DNA of 64,000 bases. It comes from Octopus bimaculoides (taxonomy: Eukaryota). The notes under the pieces were generated by a model that was not told the DNA's origin, did no database searches, and saw nothing but the letters and a program-made list of their open reading frames with translations. The stretch spans positions 27,821,987-27,885,986 of the forward strand of contig NC_069003.1 of NCBI RefSeq assembly GCF_001194135.2, read 5' to 3'. The first letter of the stretch is position 1. Each line of letters opens with the position of its first letter. The translations under genes were made by a program, and so were the position numbers. This document shows positions 26,641 to 38,700 of the stretch, in pieces.

Positions 26641-27859
26641 CTAAGTGCTCGCACCTCCTAACAGAGAGGAGGGATATGTATGTATGTATGGATGTATGTT
26701 TGGGACTCACAGACATGCTATAAATGTGAATATTCTGTTATTGTGTAGACGAGGCAAATCTTGTTATCCAAGTAAGAAATTACTGGTTCAGGTACTGAGG
26801 AAACTAGAAAAATTAGGTATTATCTAGAACTAACTTTGTCAAGCTGTGTTCGGTTGTGTGATTGACAATGCAAGTCTGTTCTATTAGAAGCAGTACTCTA
26901 TGTTTTAATGTATTGTAACATTTAATTTATTACAGTATAATACTAGATAGAGTAGAAGACGGGTATAAAATGATCTAAAAGGTTGGCTTCAACTTGAACT
27001 TTGAAATAAAAGTGCTACTGTGTGTTGTTTTTAAATGTCAGATTGAGGAAAGACTTTGGTAGAAGTAAGACTGTTTCTTTCACCTCTGTTGGCCTTACAA
27101 CTTATTAGAATATACTGGAGAACATATACTTCATGACATAAGCAGTTTAATGTTTCATACTCAGACTTTACATTAGTATGTCTTAACCCTTCGGGTGTGT
27201 GCAAGGGACAAATGGTGTACTGCATAATGTTACTCCTAGTCAATGCAAGACTTAGAATGATCAAACTGCCCTAAATTGATACGACTGTCTTCAAAATGGA
27301 AAAGGGATATTGGACAATGTGATCCCTGATATCACACAAAACAGATGAGATGGTCATGGCTGAAGTCATGGCTTATGCGATTGAGGGTTCAGTTGGTATG
27401 TCAGGTCAGGATATGGGGTATGTAGGAGGGTATCCATGGCTATATACTTGGCCTCTCCTTTAAAATGCTTAGCACTTTTGATATTTGCTGGAGCTTCTTT
27501 ATTCCATCCAAAAGAAGTTTTGTTCCACCTTGCCAAATTTCTCTGGGAGGCATGTCTTTGTGGATGAGTGTTAGCATAGCTGTGTGGTTTAAGAAGTTTG
27601 GTTTTCTACTTCATGGTTTCAGGTTCAGTCCCACAGTGCTCTACCTTGTATTCCTTGGGTAAGTGTCTTCTACTAAAGTACAGGTTGATTAAAGTCTTGT
27701 GAGTTAATCTGGTATGTGGAAACTGGAAGAAGCCCATCAGATATGTGTGCATTTCTATACATTTGTGCTTCCATGAAAGTCAATCAAATATGTTATTTCT
27801 CCAGTCAACAAACCATCTGCTGACTTTGCACCTTTTGAAGATGAATATGAGATATGAAG

Positions 27860-28180
27860 GCATATGGCTCAGCAGTTAGGGTGTCAAACTCACAATCATG
27901 AGGCAGTGAGTTCAATTCCTGGACTGGGCTGTATGTTGTGTTCTTTTGCAAGGCACTTTATGTCACATTGCTCCAGTTCACTCAGCTGTAGAAATGAGTT
28001 GGTGCCAATCTGTATCAGCTTTTGCCTTTCCCTTGGATAACTTCAGTGGCATGGAGAGGGTAGGCAGGTCTTTTATAAACAACTTTGCCCTGACTTGTGG
28101 CTCAGTGGGGAACTTTCCAGGTGCAATCCCATGGTCATTCATCACCGAAGGAAGTCGTTACTTTTTACCTTTTATGAAAC
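27860..28180 (+). mobile_element. Family D SINE
   Basis: tRNA-like head gggtgtcaaactcacaatcatgaggcagtgagttcaattcc. 3' part shared with the copy at ~830-990. Confidence 0.8.
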
Positions 28181-29849
28181 ATCCTGTTTTTGTAAAACAG
28201 TTACAAAAAGGACATTGATCTATAAATATAATACCTCAGCAATGTATTCATCTAATTCATGCTTACATAGAAAAATAAATGTAAAAATGAACAAATACCT
28301 TGGCTGTAAGACTTCACTCATAGGAGTGGTTAATTTGTGTTGATCCGGGGCTGATCAAGGTTGTTACCTTTTGTTTTATTATTTTTGTACAAACGTATTA
28401 CTTTTCTTTTTAATGCTGTTTGAACATCAGAATATCTGATAAATAAATAAAAAAATGTTTTACTCTTACATATTGTGAATATGTGACACTTGATTAATCA
28501 TATAACTTTCTCTTATTAACAGCTAATGAGAAAATAAAGATTACCCTTTAAAATTTAATTATTTCTGAGGTGTATCGTCCTGTAGATATTTAATAATTCA
28601 TTATGAAGAGAACAAAACGAGAGAACATCAATGCTTGATATTAATCTAATTCTAATAAGTGACCAAGTCCTCATTGACTCAGCTAAATCAATATAGGTGA
28701 TGGTGAAGTTTGTAGTTTAGACCGGAGACAAAATGGCCGCTGGATCGAGTAGATGTGATACTACAATATTCTGATGTAGGCATTGATTCCACAGTCCTCT
28801 GACTCAACAAAAAGCATTTTTCTAGTATGGTAATGATTCTGCTAGCTTGTCACCTTCCATCTGATTGATAATGGTGTCAATAAGTCAGTTATTTCGTAGG
28901 AGGTGGGTTAGTCGATGACATCAACCCCAGTGTTCAACTGACTCTTATTTTATCGACCCTGAAAGGCTGAACTCAGAATGTAAAAATGGATGAAATACTA
29001 CTATGCATTTTGCTTGGCATGCTCAACGACTCTGTCAGTTCATCACTCTATCATCTGGTTAATGTTATCAGCTGTAACTGGCCTGTCATTTATTTAGGCA
29101 TTGTCTATACAGGGCTACAATATCCAGTGAGTCCTTCCTCGTTGAGGGATATAAGTTTTTGCTTTCTAGCCGGTAGAATGAGTAAGTTGTCATTGAGAGG
29201 GCCTCACAGATTGTTAGTAGTAGTTTTATGAATAGGAATGCTGAGCTGACGTGATTATGCAGAGAATAATTGCTGCAAATTGGATGTGATGTGTTCTGAT
29301 GTGATTATAGATTTTTAACCTCAGCTTTAGAAAATTGTTCTGTAGTTTGAACAATTTGAAGAGAACTCTGCTTAAACAAAGAACTGGATTATATAGAGAT
29401 TTGCAGCACTGTCCAACCTACATGCAGCACTGTCCAACCTACACTAACATAAAAATTTTAATGATGCTGATGAATAGCAAATAATTAATTAAATGAGAAT
29501 TTATATTACTGTTCAAGTAACTGGTAATTAGTAGCTGTTTTGAGATAATAAATTTTAGCATCTTGAACCATTATCTCCTCATGTATCTCCTGAAAAGAAA
29601 ATATGTCTTGGTTGTGTTTCGATATTGTTACTTTATGTTAATGAATATTTTGCATTTCTAACTTCCTAGAAATTCTCTTGTCACTTGTCTGAGTACAAAA
29701 GACAAATGAGCATGTAACCATGGATACAGACATAGCTGTGTAGTTAAGCTTTGCTTCACAAATGTTGTATGACTCCAAAGGGAGTTCCACCGCTCAACAC
29801 TTTGAAGCAAGTGTCTTCTAGTTTTCTGTCATAGTCTTATGAGTGAAAT

Positions 29850-30090
29850 GTTATCATCGTCATTGTCATTGTGCTCATCATCATCGTCCTCCTCATCATC
29901 CTCATCTTCATCATCCTCATCTTCATCATCTTCATCATTGTCATCATCACTGTCATCATCACTGTCATCATCATCGTCCTCATCATTCTCAACATCGTTT
30001 TCATCATTGTCATCATTGGTGTTGTCATCATTGGTGTTGTCATCATTGGTGTTGTCATCATTGTTGTTGTCATCATTGTTGTTATCCTCA
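29850..30090. repeat. (CAT)n-derived trinucleotide repeat with 12- and 15-bp higher-order units
   Basis: gtcatcatcact x2 and gtcatcattggtgtt x3 plus variants. Explains the poly-H/S/I/M ORFs. Confidence 0.95.
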
Positions 30091-30330
30091 TGCTAGCAAG
30101 GAAAACAGACATCAAATGATGATGATGATGATATATCTGTTTATAATGCGTGTGCATGCTTGTGTCTACTTGTCTCGACATTGCATGATTGAGGTAAATA
30201 AGTGTCAATTCCAGTATTCTGCAAAAATATGTCTAGCCATGGGAAAATATTACCTTGCTCAGAAACGAGTAATGGTTGGCAGCACAAAAGGCATTAGACT
30301 ACAGAACATTTGTCTTACTGAACTCCATCC

Positions 30331-30499
30331 AACCCTAGATTCCTAATTCTATTATACAGGACTTGGCACACCAAACCACTTGGCTGTAGAAACATGGAAA
30401 AGTGGATGTTAAAAAGAAATGATGATGATAAACAAATGTTACACAGCCAAGTGGCTTGGTGTGCAAAGTCCAGTATAATAGAATTAGGAATCTAGGGTT
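30331..30499. repeat. Inverted duplication, 57-bp arms
   Basis: 30331-30387 vs 30443-30499, 54/57 identical, 55-bp spacer. Confidence 0.92.
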
Positions 30500-31024
30500 T
30501 ATTAAACATAACGTTGAATTAAATTATTAACTTTACAGAAGGAGAAAGAATGTTAGGGAGGTGTACAATGAAAGCATTTCTTTAGGATAAAAGCATTATT
30601 GTTCACAATCCATTAGTAGTGCAAGCGAGAGAGAAATAGTTGTAAGCTTAATTTGAATTTTACGTGTGAAAATGTTATTCAGAGCAATCAAACTGTTTTT
30701 GTATCCCTGTAAATATAACAAATGCAGTCTCTTGCCTTACAATTCTGACTACAGCTATATGTAAGCATCTGTCAGTCATTAACAGATGTTCTAATTCTAG
30801 CCATTTCCAATTATATGTTTGGTATACATTCTCTTGCATACATGTCTGGACATCCATCTGTCATCCAAGTGTATTTGCTGTTGCTGTCATACAGTTTAGA
30901 GATTCACAAAGGTTATTCTTGTATTATTTTACTTGTTTGTCATTTAACGGCAGCCATGCTGGAGCACTCTCTTAAAGGGTGTTTATTTAAAGAAATCAAC
31001 CCCAGTACTTATTCTTTGTAAAAA

Positions 31025-31600
31025 AAATACAAAATGGGACAAGAACACAAAACATCCAGACAGTTAGGTGATACAAGAAAGGGACAACAAAACATCCGGA
31101 TAGACGATGGAATTTCGGCTAGTTATACTCGAGATTGATCCAATCTGGCCAGCCCCAAGGAAAAACTAAGCTAAGAGCATTAGATTCCTTGGAAGAAAGC
31201 AATGAACGTATATGAAAACAAGGATGGAAAAAAATGGAGAAAGTTACACAAATACAAATAGCATGACATAACAGCAGGTGTCTTTTGACTAAGGACGAAT
31301 TAGATTAAGCTGGCATGTGTGGAAGTAAAGCCGTACGGCAGGGATATAAGATTTCACAGGTACAGGGAAGAATATAGATGTTGCATGGACAGAGGCCTAA
31401 CCAAGAAAGTAAGGTCAGGCTTGGCCGAACACCGGTCACATGGGGAGAGAAGAGAGAGAGGTAGAGGCAGAGGGACAGAAGAACTAAGGAGGGGTGAGAA
31501 AAAATGACAGGGACAGTGAAGTGAAAAGAGGAAGGAAAGTGAGCAAGAAGAGAAGGCAGGGAAATGTGAGAGGGGGGGGACAAAAGAACGAAGAGTGGAG
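31025..31600 (-). mobile_element. Unclassified insertion (Penelope-like tail?) interrupting a family B SINE
   Basis: The family B copy runs ~30930-31020 and resumes ~31615-31770. The intervening sequence is more CpG-rich than its flanks. Class is from recollection only. Confidence 0.4.
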
Positions 31601-32353
31601 TGTAAACACACAATGGGCTTCTTTCACTTTCCGCCTACCAAATCCACTCATAAGGCTTTAGTTGGCCTGAGGCTATAGTAGAAGACACTTCCCTCTAGGT
31701 GTCATGCAGTTAAGCTGAACCCAGAACCATGTGGCTGAGAGGCTAGCTTCTTACCACACAGTTACGCCTGCATCTGTTGGTTAAATTTTTTGTATATATT
31801 GTTATTGAGAAAATTTGTAAAGTTAATTCAATCATCGTTTTCCATTGGTCAGGTTTTTTTCCAGTTTCTTTGTTGTTATGTCATTTGCTGACATCATTGT
31901 TTTTATATCCAATCAAATGTTATGTTCATATCTCCTGAATCATGTATTTCCTGCTGTCTGTCTGTCTGTTTGTCTCTCTCTCTCTGTCTCTCTCTCTCTG
32001 TCTCTCTCTCTCTGTCTCTCTCTCTCTATCTATCTACCTCTGTGTGTCTCTGTCTGTCTGTCTCTCTCAAACACATGCACACATTATTTGAAGTCTGCCT
32101 ATCATTTTGAATCACAAAGTAAACTCATTTGTTTCAGTTTATCATGTCATTGATTAATCCTATAATCACCATTTATACATACCCAGTGACAATTTATATA
32201 TATGCTCCCACCATTTTATTACACATACACACACACATTTCTAAACATATACACACACATAGCCACCATTTCTGTATGCACACACAACCATCATTTCTAC
32301 ACAGATATATATATACACATAACCACAGATTCCATACAAACAGAGCCACCTTT

Positions 32354-32387
<34 letters not shown>

Positions 32388-33528
32388 TGTGTGTACACAG
32401 CTACCCATCAGTTCTACACACACACACACACACTACTCATCCTTCATGCATGCTACTATTTCTACACACACAGCACCATTTTGTTGATAACAAGAGAAAT
32501 TATAAGTATTCCCCCATACTTTATCAATTTAAACTAGTACAGTATAAAACATGTATATTAAATATGATAAAGTCTTCTTGTACCAACATCTTCAGTGATT
32601 GCCTATATTAACACTGATTAAATAACTGAACTTATCTCCATCTTCAAGTAATGTACATCCTTTGTAGTTGAGTGTATTATATTAATATAATCAATGATCT
32701 ACATTGAATGTCTGTCTGATAGGGCACCTCACCTCTTATACGCTCACTATCTACTTACTGTGTATAGAAACACAATAGTATTTCTATAAACTTCTTGTCT
32801 TTCAGTTTGAAGTTCAGATATGGAATTCTCCTCGTCTCTGCTCTTTTCTCTTTTCATTCTCTCTATTCTTATGTCTAACAGCTTTCCCATCTGTCTGTTT
32901 GTCTCTTGTTTTCCCATCCTCTTTACATCTTATATAACTGTTCTTGAAGCTGAAGCCAGATAACCAAGTCATTCTAGTATTTTGCTAAACAAATATATTT
33001 GTATTCTTATTTGTGTGCTACATAGATATTTTGTATTTACATTGTATTTACTTACTGGTTTATACTGGTCAATTTTTGGATGTTTTGCTCCATACGTATT
33101 CTTTAAATAATTTCTTTTAGTTCATTTTTAGATTATAGACATCAGAGCTATAGTTTTGAAAAATCATTATTTGCACTGTGTACAGTGAGATCTGAAATAA
33201 TGATTTGCAATTTATTCTTTATGTGTTTCAACTAGTTGCTGTTAAGTACATTACTGGAGGACAACTGCTCCCTTTCATGATGACTGTGTTCATAACACAT
33301 TTAGCTTATTAACCCAAGGGATTCTAGGACACCAGTGTTTTGACATATTGTACATCATAAGCCAGAAACACTGAGACCTTTGAGCCAAAACAAGCCACTG
33401 TCTTTGTTTATAGTTTCAGTGAACAAAATTGTCTGCCACCGGATAAAAAAAATCATCGTTGGCTCTGTACAGTGAGAGCTGAAATGATAATTTACATATT
33501 TATCTTTATTTCATTCTGACAATAGGTG

Positions 33529-34432
33529 TATTAAGTTGTTCGGAAAATAATAGCTGATTTTAGAAATAAGCCTATATTCTTGAAAAACTGAACTTTATAC
33601 AAATTTTAATTATTCAAAATATGATTCCTGAACAGTTAAGCATTTTCCCCTTCAATTAACAAGGTTGTATATGCCTCTTCGATAAAAATACAAAGTTTTT
33701 GATGCCAAGAAATTCCTTGAGTTCAGTTTCGACCTTGGTTTTGGAACAGAAGATTTTTGCCTAAAAAAAAAAAAAGTGTCCAGATGCTTAAAAAAGTAGT
33801 AGTCGGTGGGTGAAAGATCAGGAGAATATAGATGTGGTAAAGTCTTGTATCCCTGGTCTGTGAGCTTCTGCAGCGTCATCCTGGAAAGTGCAGTCGAGTC
33901 TTGTCATGAAGCAGAATTGGACCACATCGATTGACAAGTACAGGTCTCATTTTGCTCAAGTGAACAGGCATTTCTTCCAGTTGCTTATAATAAACCTCAG
34001 AAGCTGTATTGTTTGCAAATGCTGATCATCAAGTGCAGATGGACGTCCTCTACCCTTTTGATCTTCAAGGCTCTCATCCTCACTACAGAATCTCTCAAAC
34101 CACCATTTTACTGTCCAATCACTAGTGGATCCTTCACACCCATGCTCTGTTGATATTGGCGGCTGTTGGCTGTTTGGAAAGCATTATGTCCAAGCTTGAA
34201 TTCATGCAAAAAAAAGTAAACGCATTTTTTCTTTTTTCATGTTTGAAATTGAGGATTTCTATGCTTTAAAATCATATTCTGAAAGAAATCAATAAAAATT
34301 TATTAAAAAATACACATCAATTATTAAGCATGTAAAATTTCGTCTAAAACATTACAAAAATGAGATCTTTCATCAAATTTGAAAAAAAATGGTTTCAAAA
34401 AATCGGATGGTATTTTTTGAGCAAACCTAATA
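33529..34432 (-). mobile_element. Internally deleted, decayed mariner transposon
   Basis: TA-flanked degenerate TIRs (tattaagttgttcggaaaataat / attttttgagcaaacctaata). Transposase remnant LPHLYSPDLSPTDYYFFKHLD carries the mariner YSPDL motif. Confidence 0.92.
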
Positions 34433-35004
34433 TTTCAGAAATATCTTACAAGTTCAGTGTTGCCTTACTGGTTATTGTTCCTTTACATTAAATATGCATC
34501 TATTAGTTACAATGAGTTCATCATTTGAAATTTTCACCTATTCTTTTTCTGCAAATGAGCAACCTTTTTAACTGATGATATCAAGATTCAGTCTTCTTTC
34601 CTACTTACTAAAAACTTTTGGTCTTTGTTAAGATTATTTTGCAGTCTCTCAATACTAGGTTTTACTTCCATTTTTGGAATAACTATATGTGCATCGACCC
34701 CCTCCCCCTACACACAAATATGTGTGCACAAAGTACTATTTTCCATTGCAACATAATGCTGCTGAAAGAATATACAAGGCCAACAGTAGGAAAGACCATC
34801 CTGGGTTAGTGCTTCTGCGATTGAATGCATACTTATGAATACAGGAAATATAGAAGGAACATTCCTATCAAAACTTCTGACATGTACAAATGTCACACGT
34901 CTGAAATATGTATTTATGTCAGAGAAGGAAAATCATAAACAGTCATAAAGATCAACTAGCCTCTGCAAATACGGATTTGCTTACAAAATCGAAAAGGAGA
35001 ATAT

Positions 35005-35333
35005 CTATTGTGGCTGTGAGGTTAAGAAGTTTGCTTCCCAACTATACGGTCCTGGGTTCAGTCCCATTGCGTGACACCTTGGGCAAATGACTTCTACTAT
35101 AGCCCTGGGCTGACCAAAGCTTTGCAAAAGGATTTGATTGATGGAAACTGAAAGAAGCCTGTTTGTGTGTGTATCTTTGTTCCCCACCATTGCTTGACAA
35201 CTGGTGTTGATTTATTTGTCTCTGTAACTTAGCAGTTCAGCATAAGAGACAGGTAGAATTAGTACCAAGCTTAAAAAATTAACTTCGTGGAGTCAATTCA
35301 ATTACGTAAAACCCTTCAAGGCAGTGCCCTAGC
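35005..35333 (+). mobile_element. Family B SINE, 3'-truncated
   Basis: Ends at gtgccctagcat, where other copies continue ggccgcagtcaaatgactg. Confidence 0.88.
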
Positions 35334-35618
35334 ATTATGCCAATATAGTTAACATACACACACTGGTTCAGTTCCACTCATTTATTATTAGTCAATTGGT
35401 TAAATATCTGATTGCTCTGTTTTTGTTTGTCAAAGTTCTTTCATTGTTTCTTGCAACCTTTTCAATGACTATGGACTTAGTCTGTTATCATTGAAAAGAC
35501 TGCAAGAAGCAACAAAAGAGCTTTGACAAACAAAACCAAAACAATTGGATATTTAACCAGTTAACTAATAAAAAACCAATGTGTGTGTATGTGTGTGTGT
35601 TAATTATATTGGTGTAAT
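35334..35618. mobile_element. Fold-back element related to 6475-6657
   Basis: Inner arms (~35388-35470 and 35483-35570) are roughly 80% complementary, mostly transition mismatches. Outer arms cattatgccaatatagttaac / gttaattatattggtgtaatg. Shares cacacRcactggttcagt with the 6.5 kb copy. Confidence 0.75.
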
Positions 35619-36381
35619 GGCTCTTCCCAGAAACAACAAAATCTTTATATGTTTATATTATTGCCAATTTTTATTGGTATATTTGGCTATGCTTGTAAAT
35701 GTTTCAGTGACAAACTTCAAGATGCTAGGATTTTCAGGCAAAGAAAGTGATTAGTAAAACACATTTTATAAATGCTGTGAATGGAACAGTAAAAATATGT
35801 AAAAGCTTTTCTAAAGCTCAGCAAGTTAACATCTATCATCTATGCTATCCAAATTCTAGTCATGAAGTTTTGCTTCTTTGTCAGAAACCAGCCACTTCTT
35901 TGAAGAAATAATTCAGCTAATTAAAAAAGAAAGACCATAAATTCAAGAATAACACTGTTTCACACTTTTACAGGAAAGGGAAGAGTATGTTTCTAAGAAA
36001 TAAAGGCACTTTTCACTATAAGAACAGGTACGTTTGTGCAAAACCTGTGAAAAGCTATCATCAATTATTTACATATAATCGGCACACATGCAAAATTCTG
36101 TTCTCTTTTGTTTCAAATGTAATTTCCAATTCTTCCAATAAAATTCTGGTTTCTGTTTCCACATTAAGCATTTGTTCATTTACACATTTTGTTAGATTCT
36201 TCACTAAAATATTTAACTCTCAAACAGAAGCTGTAATTAGAATTCCATTTCTATTTGCATTTATTCTGCTTCTCTTCCACAAGGTGTTGGGTATTGTTTA
36301 GCTCCCGGTCAACTCTGTTTGAACTAATCTCTAATCATAGGCGTTCTAACTATGACCATCACAATTTAATTTTTTTTTTTT

Positions 36382-36731
36382 TGTGGCAAGAAGCTTGCTT
36401 CCCAACCACATGGTTCTGGGCTCAGTCCCACTGCATGGCACCATAGGCAAGTATCTGAGGCAACAGTAGACTATTGCCTCAAGCCAATCAAAGCCTTGTG
36501 AGTGGATTTGGTACATGAAAACTGAAAGAAGCCTGCTGTGTATATGTGTGTATGTCTCTTTGTATCTGTGTTTGTCCCCCTCCCACTGCTTGAAAGATGA
36601 TGTTGGTGTGTTTGCATTCCTGTAACTTAGCAGTTCAGCAAAAGATACCAATAGAATAAGTACCAGGCTTAAAACGTCAAGGTGGTGCCCCAGCATGGCT
36701 GCAATCCAATGACTGAAACAAGTAAAAGAGT
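36382..36731 (+). mobile_element. Family B SINE, near full length
   Basis: Head through 3' gactgaaacaagtaaaagagt. Confidence 0.92.
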
Positions 36732-37604
36732 AAAACCAAGAATCTATATCTAGAACTACATTGTCCAATGCATCTGTTTTATCAAAGAATGTAAGATGCA
36801 AGCATGGTTGTGTGGTTAAGATGCTATCTTTGCAACCATGTGGTTCTGGGTTCAGTCCCATCATGTGTCACTTTCAGAGGAAGGGGGAAAGTCAATTACA
36901 TTGCCCCCAGAGATCAACTGGTACTTATTTTATCAACCCCAAAAGGATGAAAGGCAAGGTCAACTTTGGCAGAATTTGAACACAGAATGTAAAGATAAAG
37001 GAAATGCCACTAAGCATTTTTTCCCAGCATGCTTACGATTCTGCCAGCTCTCCATCTTATTAAGTAACTTATCTTAGATTTCTGTTTTGGTCCTATTGAG
37101 TATTAGAGATTTTGTTGGTGTGTGGGTTAAAATTTGAATGTAAAATTTGCTTATAAGCAAGGTGTACCTCACCTTTGTATGAAGATTCCTTTGTTGGTTC
37201 ATCAAAGTAGGGTCATAGGTGAAGGTGTTATTGTAATTATTTCAGAAGCATTTTTGACCTTATTCTATCCTATTTTAGCCTTCTCAAACTGATGGAAACC
37301 TGTTTCTTTGGAAACCCAAACTATGGATTAATTAACTGTTAAGATAGTGTTAACATATTTCATGTAATGAGCATGGAGCATCAGAAGGTTAATTAAAGAT
37401 AATTAAGCTGTGAGGAAAAATTATTTCACTAAGTATGAGATGATGATAATAATAATAATAATAATAATAATGTACTTACTGTGTACAGTGTATAATAAAT
37501 TTTCAGGAAAGGTTGAAAGCAGGACAGAAAGCAGCAGTAAATCACGGAGAGTAAAATAGCAATGGTCATCAAAAACACATGCAATAGTTAGTACTCAGGA
37601 TAAA

Positions 37605-37820
37605 GGTGGCAAACTGGTAGAAACATTAGCATGCCGGACAAAATGCTTAGCAGTATTTCGTCTGTCTTTACATTCTGAGTTCAAATTCCACCAAGGTCGC
37701 CTTTGCCTTTCATCCTTTTGAAGTCAATAAATTAAGTACCAGTTGCATACTGGGGTCAATCTAATTGACTGACCTCCCCTTCCCAAAAATTTCGGGCCTT
37801 GTGCCGAGAGTAGAAAAGAA
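37605..37820 (+). mobile_element. Full-length family A SINE with 16-bp TSD
   Basis: tagtactcaggataaa at 37589-37604 and 37821-37836. Only 5 CpGs left by my count. Confidence 0.95.
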
Positions 37821-37869
37821 TAGTACTCAGGATAAAACTCTAAATGACAGAAGAGTGAACACTGGAGGA

Positions 37870-38700
37870 GTCGTAAAAAGGAATAGGTACACATAGGCAT
37901 ACAAGGAACAGTGTTGCATTTTGCTCAGGTCAGTTTTCAAGAAAAAGTTTGTGCATATAGGATCTTTTCATCTCAAGGTACATCTTGCTGCTGCCTGCAT
38001 ATTTTAAACACAGTAACATGCTTCAAGTCTGTATCTGTTTAATGTATGCAACAAACATCAGGATGCCAAGAACAGATCCCTGTGAGACACCAGATGTCAT
38101 TGCATAGGGCGTAGGCAGTTGTTATCGTGCAGCTCAAGCATCTTTTTAACTATGAATGAAGGGCTTTAACTGGTTATAAAGATTAACATTCATGCCCTTT
38201 GCAGACAGCTTTGTCATAAGTCATTTTGTGTGGTGTAGAATTAAATAGATGGGTCCAGTAAAGATAGATAATATCAACCTATGACCTCACCATCTGTGAT
38301 TTTGGTGATGTCTTCTTGAGCACATTTCAGTCTTATTAGACCTTTTCAATGAAACAGACTTCTTTATACTAGCTGAAATTGACAAGAGAATCAATAAATG
38401 GATGTGCAATAGTATATATAAATAGGTGTGAGAAGCAAGTCTACTGGTGGTTTTTCTTGAATGAACAAGATATAAGCCAACAAGGGTGCCTTTGTATGGA
38501 TGATTTTACTACTAGAAATAGCAGTCATGTTTATCTGTACATTACACCCTGTTGTCTCAAAAACAGAGAATATATTGAATAATGTAACCTTAGGTGTTCT
38601 ATTGCTTGATAAAACATTTGGAATGTCATTTTTGGAACCTCTTTGATCACAAGTGTACTGGATCAGGACTGTTCTGCGGGTTAAAAAGAAAATTTGGCAG
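37870..38700 (-). mobile_element. Highly decayed CR1/L2-type LINE reverse transcriptase fragment
   Basis: TSGVSQGSVLGILMFVAYIK at ~38040-38098 matches the GVPQGSVLGP.LF..YIN motif. A degenerate YADD segment follows, and DGEV.VDIIYL lies upstream. Confidence 0.75.

Noticed and set aside
27300-27580. Two overlapping open minus-strand frames (MPPREIWQGGTKLLLDGIKK...)
   Set aside because: Short, bounded by repeats, no motif recognised; possibly a TE remnant.
29837-30346. His-, Met/Thr-, Ser- and Ile-rich ORFs
   Set aside because: Translations of a (CAT)n-derived repeat, open in several frames on both strands, with no splice context.
38420-38700. ~93-codon open frame on the minus strand after a strong acceptor
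   Set aside because: Lies within the decayed CR1/L2 fragment and is better explained as LINE ORF2 remnant.
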